Origin: Terriglobia bacterium
Lineage (GTDB): Bacteria; Acidobacteriota; Terriglobia; Acidiferrales; UBA7541
Direction of reading: 5' to 3'
Length of the DNA stretch: 64,000 nucleotides
Assembly (NCBI GenBank): GCA_041490445.1
Contig: JBGPTF010000001.1
Coordinates: 58,442 to 122,441, forward strand
Positions 55,489 to 63,770 of the stretch are shown in pieces (position 1 is the stretch's first letter; every line of letters begins with the position of its first letter). The translations under genes were made by a program, and so were the position numbers. The notes beneath the pieces are model-generated. The model was not told where the DNA came from. It saw nothing but the letters and a program-made list of their open reading frames with translations, and searched no databases.

Positions 55489-56343
55489 ATGAATCGCCGT
55501 CGGAGTGACCGCGTCTTCCTCTCAGTTCCCATCGCTATCTCCTGGACAACCAGCACCGGTCAGAAGTTCTCAGAGTCAGCGAGAACGATCGCCGTCAGCC
55601 GCCATGGAGCAACTGTTGTGCTACGCCAGAAATTGGATGGAGTGACGCAGATGATGATCCGTTCCGCAAATGCCGACAAAGAGGAAGCCGCCCAAGTTGT
55701 TGGGCTTGTCGGGCATCAGGCCGATGGGTACGTTTATGGAATCGCTTTCCACAACCCAGGCGCGAACCCATGGAACATCGAGTTCCCCTCCTTGGCCGAA
55801 GCGGAGAAGGCAGTGTCTCGGCTGCTTCTCGAATGCTCTGTTTGTCTGAGCCGCGAACTGGTCTACCTGGATGAGCTCCAAGCTGAGGTGTTTGAAGCAA
55901 GTCGCAGCCTCGCTATACATTGCAAGCAATGCGATACCTGGACGGTCTGGAAGCTGGCGCTCCACGGGACCGCGAACGCGCAAAGCTTGCGAGCCGCTCA
56001 GCCCGACCGAAAGACAGTTTCTTCTCCAGGCCCGGCGCCACGCGTACGCAATGAGCGCAAACACGTCCGCATCAGATTGAAGATGACGGCGTGCATACGC
56101 CAAATCGGTTTCGGAGAGGAGGTCGTCCGCATCGAAAACACTTCTCGCGGCGGCTTCTGCTTCTTCAGCTCCAACACTTATCTTGTGGGCTCTAACGTGG
56201 AAGTGGCTGTCCCCTACACGCCGGCGGCAGCGAACATTTTCGTTTCTGCCCGCATCATCCGCTCTCGAGATCTGCCCCGCAAGACGAAGAAGGAGTACGG
56301 CGTCGTTTATGTCGGATCCCGAGAGGAGTTTCCCCGGCGTTAG
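55489..56343 (+). CDS. Double PilZ-like protein with central Cys4 element
   Basis: The N-terminal domain has RRSDR plus a degenerate AVSRHG. The centre has CSVC..x26..CKQC. The C-terminal domain has canonical RKHVR plus NTSRGG. Alternative GTG start at 55480. Confidence 0.65.
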   Translation: MNRRRSDRVFLSVPIAISWTTSTGQKFSESARTIAVSRHGATVVLRQKLDGVTQMMIRSANADKEEAAQVVGLVGHQADGYVYGIAFHNPGANPWNIEFPSLAEAEKAVSRLLLECSVCLSRELVYLDELQAEVFEASRSLAIHCKQCDTWTVWKLALHGTANAQSLRAAQPDRKTVSSPGPAPRVRNERKHVRIRLKMTACIRQIGFGEEVVRIENTSRGGFCFFSSNTYLVGSNVEVAVPYTPAAANIFVSARIIRSRDLPRKTKKEYGVVYVGSREEFPRR

Positions 56344-56567
56344 ATTCCCTGCGGGGCGGAGGCGACTGCTCCATCGTTGAATTCGTCGGACTGTCCCTTG
56401 GCCGATCATAGCCCGCCTTTCCAGGCTTTCTATTTCAGCCGGGGACGCAACCGGCTCGCACGGAGTGGGTAGCGAAGTTGCAGGAGCCATTTAGGAATTT
56501 GTGATTGTCTGAATGCCAGCAGTGCGTTTACTTTTTCAATCGAAGGACCAACGGACTGCCTCGTCTC

Positions 56568-59500
56568 CTACCATTTCAGCTTGGTGGCGGGATCACCGAA
56601 CAGAATCCACGTATGGCGAATATCCGGGTCGGTCACAGCTTTCTTGGCCACGATCGTAGCCTGGCCGATTGTCAGCGTGTTTCCGGAGAGATTGCCGACC
56701 AGCGCTGTATCCAATGCAGCTTGGCCCGCCGGATCGGTCAACCCCGAAGATGCCCAGACGGCAACCGCACCTCCCTTTCGAGCAAGCAGCAAAGCTTCGC
56801 CTAAGCTCTCCGTGTACAGATCCTGGAAATAGCCGTTCAAGCATGTCATTGTGACCACGAATGACAAGTGCGAGCCGTTCGTGAGGGTGCCTGCCTCCTC
56901 CGAGGTCAGTAAATTCCCTTGCCACAACTCAACCGAGCCATGGCCGACGTAATTCACCAGCGTTTGCCCTTCGTTCAGTTTCGCGAGTAGCGTGCGATTG
57001 GCTGTAGCATCGTCCATTTGCCCCCGCAGGATCTCGGTCACCTGCGCATTGCTGGGAAGCAAGGACTTGATTTGAGAGCTAACGGCCTCGAAGTTGAGGT
57101 TATTATCGTGGTCGGTCACAAGCAGCACATTCATCGCTCCGATTCCCGTCCCATTCCCCTGCTCATATCCTACGATCTTCGACACCACGGCCTGCGCATC
57201 CGCCACGCTGCGAACTGGCAGCCGCCCGATGGGAATCTCCGGCACCCCGTCACCGTCGGCGTCGACATACCAATCGTCCGACGCCGTCTTCAGAAACGAG
57301 GTCTCCACCAGCTTCGTCGGTTGGAAATCGAAGTCGCCGAGCCCGAGATAGTTTCGTGGATCAAAGCTCGCATCCCCGACCAGCAATACAAATCGAGGAG
57401 GGTTCACCCAGTTTGTGCTGGCCGCGGCGAGAAAATTTTTGATTGCAGCCGGATCTTTGGCGCCGAAGGTAAACTCGTCGTAAATGTCTTGGGCATCCAC
57501 GATTGCCGCCGACAACCCTTGTTGTTCCCGCAAGGCCTGCAGTGGCTTCAGGCTGTCGAGGAAGGCCGCGTTGCTAAGGATGACTTCGTCGAATCCGCGC
57601 CCAGTCTCGTGCCAGTTCGAGGGATGGTTCGGTATAACCGTGAATGGCGTCTGGATGCTGGCTTCGGAAAACGCCAACAGAGTGCGGTTCCCTGCGCCCT
57701 GGACAGAGATCGCGATCCGGTAGCCCGCTCCTTCGCGGCGAATCACTCCCGGCAGCGCCTCGATGTTCTCCTGGTCAGTGATGTCCATCACGCGAATCCG
57801 TGGATCACTGAAGCCATGAAGCGTCAATGCCTGTCCGCCCGGCGCGGTACATTCCAATGCATCGCCATCGGCAGTGAATGAATGCCAGTAGGTCAGTCGG
57901 ACGTGATCCACCAGGCTCACATCTGTATCCCCACCTCCGCCGGTCAACATGACCTGGTTCGGGCCTTCGTGCAGCCAGGCTTGCGGAATCTGTGTCGTGG
58001 TGATTCCCCGTTCTTGCCCCGAGAAGACTGGCGACTGGATCGTGAACCCATTGAGCTGTATCGAAACCTGATGCGGTCCGTCCGTAGCCCCCTGCAGGGC
58101 AACCTCCAGTTGAGCCTCACCCGGTGCTGACCCGGCCAGATGCTGAACATTGAGGATTTGCTGTATCGGATTGGCCGAGATTACCGGGCCGAAGAAGCTC
58201 TCCGCGTCGCCGTTCTTCAACGCAGCGAAATAGACACTCCGATCCTTTCGCTCCACCGCAAAGGAGAAGCTCGATGAGATCTGGCCGAACTGGAAGGCTC
58301 CGCCGAGATCAGCTTCCGGAAGTTTCGGTGGCAACTGTCCGCCGAGATCTAGCTGTCCGCCGAGCCTGAAAGGAAGCGGCCCAGTGCGGGGAACGATAGG
58401 CCCCTGAACACCCGGCTGGGATTCTCCCCCCGTCACCCGCTTCCCGGGTTGCGTTCCCGCAATGAGCCAGTAAGTGTGAGTGTCGGTCCAAGGCGTGTCG
58501 AGTCCGAGACCGTAAAACTCGATGGCATCCTGCGGCCCAAGCAATCCATTTGTTCCGCCGCGAACGATGATCGGTATCTCTTGGCCGTCCATGAAGAGCT
58601 GAAGGTTGCGTGGATTCACATTTGGATTCAGCCCCGCAGCAACCAGCGCTGGCTGCGTGACGCGATACCAGCCCTCGTTGCGGACCCCGATCTTTACGGC
58701 TGGGCCCGCTGCCAGCGCCCACTGCGTCTGAAGCTGGGCTGCGGTCGTCCGCAGGTTCACTGGCAGGCGTGCCGGCCCACCCGGCAGCGTCTGGCCCTGG
58801 TCTGGGTTCACCTGCGAAGGCGCTGCTGTCCCGGTCGCTGGAAACACCGCAGCGCCCGGCTGAGGCCGCATTCCCAGCCCTCTCAAGAGCGGCGCTGGAG
58901 ACAACGCGGGCGGCGCTGAACCAATCTCGGCACCGACCGGAGTCACAGGGCCATGCAAAGTGTGCTGGCCGTTCAGATCCACATCCTCGAGCCAATACTG
59001 GGGGGGTGGGCTGTTGGGCGACAAAACATCTCGCCATGCATAACTGCGGCCCGCCCTCAACGTCGTTGTTGCGCCGGCAAACAGTGCGGATCCAGCAACC
59101 AGAGACGGTGTCACCTCCACCCGCTGACTGCCCGACTCGCGGTAGAGGTAGAATCCCAGGTTGTGCGACTCAAACCCAGTCCGCCACCGCACGAGGACTT
59201 GTCCGCCCTGGTACTCGGTGGCCGTGAAAGAGGAAAGCTTTACTTCCGTGGGCGTTGCAGATTTTAGCGCGAGGATCTGTCCGACTCCGACGTCGGCATT
59301 ACTCGCTGCCGTCGCCGTTTTCGTCCCGGTGGCTCCGACGGCCCCCTGTAGGGCGTAGTTCATACACATTGATTCCCCGGTTGCGGCTTGAGGAGGTTCG
59401 GAGGCTACGTCCACAGCCTTTGTCATGCCTGCCGGCGCGGCCCAGGTCGCGGAAGACGAAAAACTGTGCGCGGTGACGATCATGTCGTTTTGGACCGTAG

Positions 59501-59960
59501 TGTTGATGCTGGGCGTGGCAAAAGTCACTCCGCTGGGATCCGCCTGGCCGTTGTTGGCATCGATGGGACTCGCAGTATTCACGCCGGAAAAACTAAGGAT
59601 GCCGCCGACCGAACCGGTCGAGGTGTTGAAAGTCCAGGAGTAATTCGCCGGCTCGCCTGCCCCAGCGACACGGGAATAGATGGCTTGCGCGTTCGAGTTC
59701 GTCAGAGCTTGATTCACTCGCAGGACCAGCGTCCAGCCAGCCGGGGCAGTGATGGTCGCCGTCGAGGGCCTGACGGCGATGGCCGCGATCATGACATCGT
59801 TCAGAACCGTGCCCGCAGGCCGAGCGACGGTAAGGGTCAAAGTCCCCGACGGCGCGCTCCCCGAGGATGCCGCGCGAAACGTGATCACCTGGGCGCGAGC
59901 GGACGGCGCCATCAATAGGCTCGCCGCACACAGGCTGGCCAGCGGAAGAAGTGGGACCAT
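56568..59960 (-). CDS. Large secreted C25-family (gingipain-like) cysteine peptidase
   Basis: Start at ATG 59958-59960 gives the signal peptide MVPLLPLASLCAASLLMAPSARAQ. The C-terminal ~400 aa carry the C25 pattern: FVLLVGDASFD, IGRLPV, NYVGHGS (catalytic His) and VVTMTCLNGYF (catalytic Cys). Confidence 0.75.
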   Translation of the reverse strand: MVPLLPLASLCAASLLMAPSARAQVITFRAASSGSAPSGTLTLTVARPAGTVLNDVMIAAIAVRPSTATITAPAGWTLVLRVNQALTNSNAQAIYSRVAGAGEPANYSWTFNTSTGSVGGILSFSGVNTASPIDANNGQADPSGVTFATPSINTTVQNDMIVTAHSFSSSATWAAPAGMTKAVDVASEPPQAATGESMCMNYALQGAVGATGTKTATAASNADVGVGQILALKSATPTEVKLSSFTATEYQGGQVLVRWRTGFESHNLGFYLYRESGSQRVEVTPSLVAGSALFAGATTTLRAGRSYAWRDVLSPNSPPPQYWLEDVDLNGQHTLHGPVTPVGAEIGSAPPALSPAPLLRGLGMRPQPGAAVFPATGTAAPSQVNPDQGQTLPGGPARLPVNLRTTAAQLQTQWALAAGPAVKIGVRNEGWYRVTQPALVAAGLNPNVNPRNLQLFMDGQEIPIIVRGGTNGLLGPQDAIEFYGLGLDTPWTDTHTYWLIAGTQPGKRVTGGESQPGVQGPIVPRTGPLPFRLGGQLDLGGQLPPKLPEADLGGAFQFGQISSSFSFAVERKDRSVYFAALKNGDAESFFGPVISANPIQQILNVQHLAGSAPGEAQLEVALQGATDGPHQVSIQLNGFTIQSPVFSGQERGITTTQIPQAWLHEGPNQVMLTGGGGDTDVSLVDHVRLTYWHSFTADGDALECTAPGGQALTLHGFSDPRIRVMDITDQENIEALPGVIRREGAGYRIAISVQGAGNRTLLAFSEASIQTPFTVIPNHPSNWHETGRGFDEVILSNAAFLDSLKPLQALREQQGLSAAIVDAQDIYDEFTFGAKDPAAIKNFLAAASTNWVNPPRFVLLVGDASFDPRNYLGLGDFDFQPTKLVETSFLKTASDDWYVDADGDGVPEIPIGRLPVRSVADAQAVVSKIVGYEQGNGTGIGAMNVLLVTDHDNNLNFEAVSSQIKSLLPSNAQVTEILRGQMDDATANRTLLAKLNEGQTLVNYVGHGSVELWQGNLLTSEEAGTLTNGSHLSFVVTMTCLNGYFQDLYTESLGEALLLARKGGAVAVWASSGLTDPAGQAALDTALVGNLSGNTLTIGQATIVAKKAVTDPDIRHTWILFGDPATKLKW

Positions 59961-60363
59961 CCTCACGGCGAGATGGCCAAGGTGGGTGAGAATCCTCCAC
60001 GCGCCACCATCGCCACGGGCGCGGAGACTCATCTCAGGTTCAATCCTCGCACAGTCGGAACGTTTGCCGCGCATGGGAGGGCTTCTCCTGCGGGAGTCCG
60101 CAACGCATCGCCGGCGACAGAAGGAGACCGCTGTTTTCTTCCGATGTAGTTGGCCTCTTCAAACTAAGGGACGACCCGGAAATCACTCTAGCGCATGTTC
60201 TCCGTGACACGAGCGCGGAATCCCCCTAGGTGTTTCGGCTGAGTCAACGCCTTGTTCCACACCTTGAACAATGTGCACACCCACAACTCAGAGTCCAAGT
60301 TCCCCCACCGAGGGAACCACTGAACCCGGCAAGGAACTGTGTCAGTCGGGGACGGCGTCAGAA

Positions 60364-60846
60364 TCAGCTCCTTGAACTCATCCGCCTCTTCAGCCGGGAA
60401 GCAAAGGCGTGCAGGCCTCCCCGTATCTTCGCTTCCACGCCAGCCAAGTCAATTTGCTGGCCCGCCCGCTCGACGGATTGGACCTTGCCCAATACCTGTT
60501 CGGGCTGCACAGGCCGGTCGCACGAATCGGATGCGTCGCCACGCAAGCGTAAGCAAAAGATGCGGCCGGATTTCCGCCGGACACCTTCGACGCGATGGGC
60601 GATTACTCCTCTTTCCGAGCGGTACAGAACAATATCTCCGCGTTTGATCTCAGCCGGCGCCACTGGGACGACGGTGACCATTTCTCCGTGCCGGATGGTG
60701 GGATACATGCTTCTTCCGGAGGCTCGAAAACGAAGGCTGCAACCCGTGGACAGTAGGCCTGCGCTCACCTCTGCGAAGGAACGCGGACTAGGGATTCGAG
60801 GCGGGGGCGTGTTTCCCAAGCTCACGACTAGCACTCCGTTACTCAA
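60364..60846 (-). CDS. S26B (SipW/ER-type, Ser-His) signal-peptidase-like protein without obvious membrane anchor
   Basis: SGRSMYPTI (compare SipW SGSMEP), GDIVLY, VIAHRV (His where bacterial SPase I has Lys) and RGDAS. No hydrophobic helix is visible. 8-nt overlap with the kinase-like gene. Confidence 0.6.
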   Translation of the reverse strand: MSNGVLVVSLGNTPPPRIPSPRSFAEVSAGLLSTGCSLRFRASGRSMYPTIRHGEMVTVVPVAPAEIKRGDIVLYRSERGVIAHRVEGVRRKSGRIFCLRLRGDASDSCDRPVQPEQVLGKVQSVERAGQQIDLAGVEAKIRGGLHAFASRLKRRMSSRS

Positions 60847-61765
60847 CCTCTCTCTTTTTGAGCATCGCTACGACGCTCTGATCCGGCAAGAAGCTGAGTT
60901 CGTAGCATGGAATCGAGCTCACGACTTCTTCAAAGAAGGCGAGCGTGAAATCAATCCCCTCCGAATTGAAGAAAGGAAGAAAGCTGCAGGCACACAATCG
61001 CGCCACCGCTTCAGCCGCCCGCTGCGGAATTACTCGATTGTGCGAACCATGGCGCAGGAAATAGATTCGCTTTAAAGGCGCGCAGGCCGGTGATGCCAGC
61101 CGTCCTTCGCCGTGCCAGGGTGTGCCGTAGATCCTAACGGATTGTCCTTGATTCCTCAAAATGACCCGGTCGTCGCTGAGAATCTGTACGCCTTCTTCGT
61201 TTTGCCACAACCGGGCCATCGTGGTCTTGCCTGCGCCGGACTGGCCGAGGAATAAGTGGCCATTCCCCCCGCGATCGATGATCCCCGCGGCATGAACTTC
61301 CGCACCTCGCCCCCGCGCCAGGAGATTGATCATCAGCAGTTCGTCGAGCGGGTATTCCAGAGGATAGGCCGGCTGGCCGCGTGGAGAACATCGCGGGTGG
61401 AGATAGACGTCTCCAGACGTGAAATCGGAAGCGAATCGCGCAATCTTATAGGGGACAGGGCCGAACACCGGAGAGACGAACCGAAAGACGCAGCGTTCCT
61501 CCTGCCGATAGAGTTGCCATAGGGCGCCGGAGTCGAAGACCCTGTCACCGCTGGCTGTTTCGGTGAGATCCGCAAATGCTACCCGCACTTCTACATCGGG
61601 GTCGGTCGCGTTGACCAGAAACTTGGCAGTCGCCTCGGAGACTTCCCATTTCATTCCGGGGTCTTGGCAGACGATCGCTGTGGAGATCCCCGCAATTCTG
61701 ATGCACTCCCTGACCGCGCGTCCGTCGAAGCTTTCTAACTCACTGATCGCAAGGCGCTCAGCCAC
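60839..61765 (-). CDS. HPr-kinase-related P-loop protein (HprK-like kinase)
   Basis: GTG start after AAGGTGA. P-loop LFLGQSGAGKTT in the C-terminal half, followed by ILSDD, resembling the HprK/P C-terminal domain. Confidence 0.6.
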   Translation of the reverse strand: MAERLAISELESFDGRAVRECIRIAGISTAIVCQDPGMKWEVSEATAKFLVNATDPDVEVRVAFADLTETASGDRVFDSGALWQLYRQEERCVFRFVSPVFGPVPYKIARFASDFTSGDVYLHPRCSPRGQPAYPLEYPLDELLMINLLARGRGAEVHAAGIIDRGGNGHLFLGQSGAGKTTMARLWQNEEGVQILSDDRVILRNQGQSVRIYGTPWHGEGRLASPACAPLKRIYFLRHGSHNRVIPQRAAEAVARLCACSFLPFFNSEGIDFTLAFFEEVVSSIPCYELSFLPDQSVVAMLKKREVE

Positions 61766-61776
61766 GAATCATCACC

Positions 61777-61962
61777 TTAGCTGCCCTGCGTGAAGCAGGG
61801 ACCTGCCGGGCTGCAGTTTCCGCCGGAGCTCGGGCCGGACACACCCGACATTTTGCAGTTTCCCAGGACCGCTTCCTCAGGCCGCAAGTCAACCCGAGTC
61901 AAGTCTGGCTTCAGATATGGCTTTCGCTGATCTAGACTCTCCTGTTCTGGCCCCTTATACAT
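61777..61962 (-). CDS. Candidate RiPP precursor peptide (61 aa)
   Basis: ATG with GGAGA 6 nt upstream, 27 nt after the rSAM stop. Sequence MYKGPEQESLDQRKPYLKPDLTRVDLRPEEAVLGNCKMSGVSGPSSGGNCSPAGPCFTQGS: a charged leader-like N-terminus and a G/S/P/C-rich C-terminus. Confidence 0.55.
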   Translation of the reverse strand: MYKGPEQESLDQRKPYLKPDLTRVDLRPEEAVLGNCKMSGVSGPSSGGNCSPAGPCFTQGS

Positions 61963-61989
61963 CAGCGATCTCCATTCTCAATTGACACC

Positions 61990-63303
61990 TTACTCCGCAT
62001 GTATTTCTTCGATTCTCTCGTGCGCACTGGACATGCCGCACGAAGAACAGCCACCAGTGGAGCAGCCGATAGACTCGCTCCTCGATTGAAGAATAGGAAG
62101 AACTTCGTTCGGGAGATCGGAGTCCGCCTGCTTCCAGGAGCCGTCCCGAAGCGACGCCGCGGAACGCATCAAACTTGAGTAACCCCTGCCGCCTTCACAG
62201 TATTCGCAATTCCCGTGAGGCGGCACAGGAAAACCAATCACGTGGGCTCGCAAATGGGCCACCTGGCAGAGAAAATCCACGGGTTTCTCGGGCTGCCCGT
62301 TCTCTAATTCCCCGTTCGCGGGGCACATTCCGCAAACCGCCTTGATTTGACAGGCAGAGCACTTTGTGAGCATGGTGATTTTCTTGCGCCGGACACTCAA
62401 GAGAAATCCTTCCCACCCGTCCCGGAATGATCCTTTGCGCAGATCGTAAGAATCAAAATGCGAAAGCACGCAGATGCTCATTCTCCCCTGCGGATCAATC
62501 GCAAACGAATCGATCCCTCCGCCACAGTGGTACACCTCGGGATTCTGTTCAGGCGCATGCAACGGACCCTGGAAACGCTTCGCGAATCCCTTCCACTCGG
62601 ACACGCGCTTCGGATCCTGCAAATCAAGCGCGACGACCTCCTCCGGGGTGAGCCGCACCGCCAGTGGACTCTGCGAGCAGTCGATCCGCGGACTCATCAT
62701 GGCGTCAAACTTGAATTCCAATCCGAGCTCTTCTTCTGCGAATTGCTTCATTTCCTGAATCTCGTGCTGGTTGATCGTTACCGCAACGGTCTTTAACTTC
62801 AGCGGAAGGCCCCGCTCCATCAGAAGCCTGATCCCTCGCATGCACCGCTCATAGGAGCCGGGAATGCCGGTGAGCTGCTCGTAGGTTCTCTTCGTGCGGC
62901 CGTAGAGCGTGATTTCAATCGAGAATGGACGCCACTGGACGAGATAGTCCGCCACTTTCGGCGTGATCAACGTTCCGTTGGTGAAGAGCGTGATCAGCAA
63001 TCCCTTTTTCTTCGCATAGGTATAAATGTCGAGGAAATCTCTCCGTGCGAAAATCTCGCCGCCGGTGTACAGGAGCCACAAACAACCCGCCTCGGCTATT
63101 TCATCAAGGATGCGGCAATGCTCTTCATAGGTGAGCTCGCTGCGCCGCGCGTCCTGGTCGCCCATGGGGAGATTGTTGTAGCAGTGCGCGCAGGTCAGCG
63201 GACACCGTCTGGTTACCTCAATTGTCCCGTGGAGAGGAACGCGCTTGGCGCGTACTTGCTGCTGAAGTCGCGCGCTGAATTCTGCGTAGGACAGCGTTCC
63301 CAA
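61990..63303 (-). CDS. Radical SAM / SPASM-domain peptide-modifying enzyme
   Basis: CPLTCAHCYN (CX3CX2C). The C-terminal half has CGGG..x14..C, CSACQIKAVCGMCPANG and CEYCEGG auxiliary-cluster cysteines. TTG start 3 nt after the PqqD-like stop. Confidence 0.85.
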   Translation of the reverse strand: MGTLSYAEFSARLQQQVRAKRVPLHGTIEVTRRCPLTCAHCYNNLPMGDQDARRSELTYEEHCRILDEIAEAGCLWLLYTGGEIFARRDFLDIYTYAKKKGLLITLFTNGTLITPKVADYLVQWRPFSIEITLYGRTKRTYEQLTGIPGSYERCMRGIRLLMERGLPLKLKTVAVTINQHEIQEMKQFAEEELGLEFKFDAMMSPRIDCSQSPLAVRLTPEEVVALDLQDPKRVSEWKGFAKRFQGPLHAPEQNPEVYHCGGGIDSFAIDPQGRMSICVLSHFDSYDLRKGSFRDGWEGFLLSVRRKKITMLTKCSACQIKAVCGMCPANGELENGQPEKPVDFLCQVAHLRAHVIGFPVPPHGNCEYCEGGRGYSSLMRSAASLRDGSWKQADSDLPNEVLPILQSRSESIGCSTGGCSSCGMSSAHERIEEIHAE

Positions 63304-63306
63304 GGA

Positions 63307-63603
63307 CTAGTCCCCTGCTTCCGAGGAGCGGCCAATCAACCCTGCGCCCTCCAACGAGCCGAGAAACTGGAGAGCGTCTTTCTCCGCCTCTTCCGCCGAA
63401 ACGTGAAATTCCGCCGCGATTGCCTGCGTGATCCGATCCAGCGGAGTCTGGCCGTCCAGCAGTCCCCAGATCAGTGTCCCTGTTTCGTTCAAAGTGAATA
63501 CGGAATCCAGTTGAGCGACGTTGGAGGTGACGGGAACAAGAATGGTCTCGCCTGCGATGCAGCGGCCGACGAAGGAGGGATTCTTCCGATAGCACTGGCT
63601 CAT
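63307..63603 (-). CDS. PqqD-family peptide chaperone (RRE)
   Basis: 98 aa from ATG 63601-63603. ..FTLNETGTLIWGLLDGQTPLDRITQAIAAEFHVSAEEAEKDALQFLGSLEGAGLI is the typical PqqD pattern. Confidence 0.75.
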   Translation of the reverse strand: MSQCYRKNPSFVGRCIAGETILVPVTSNVAQLDSVFTLNETGTLIWGLLDGQTPLDRITQAIAAEFHVSAEEAEKDALQFLGSLEGAGLIGRSSEAGD

Positions 63604-63770
63604 GTCCCAACTCCAATAGAAACCAGTGCTATGAGCCTTCGGGGCGCCATACGGACGAAGCAATTTACACACCTGGTCGCGCAGGCGTCAAGGTAAGAAT
63701 CCCGGCGCCCAAGCCCTCTTGATTGATCAAGCGGTGCCACGGTCGTGCATAGCCGAGAGGTGCCACCAGC

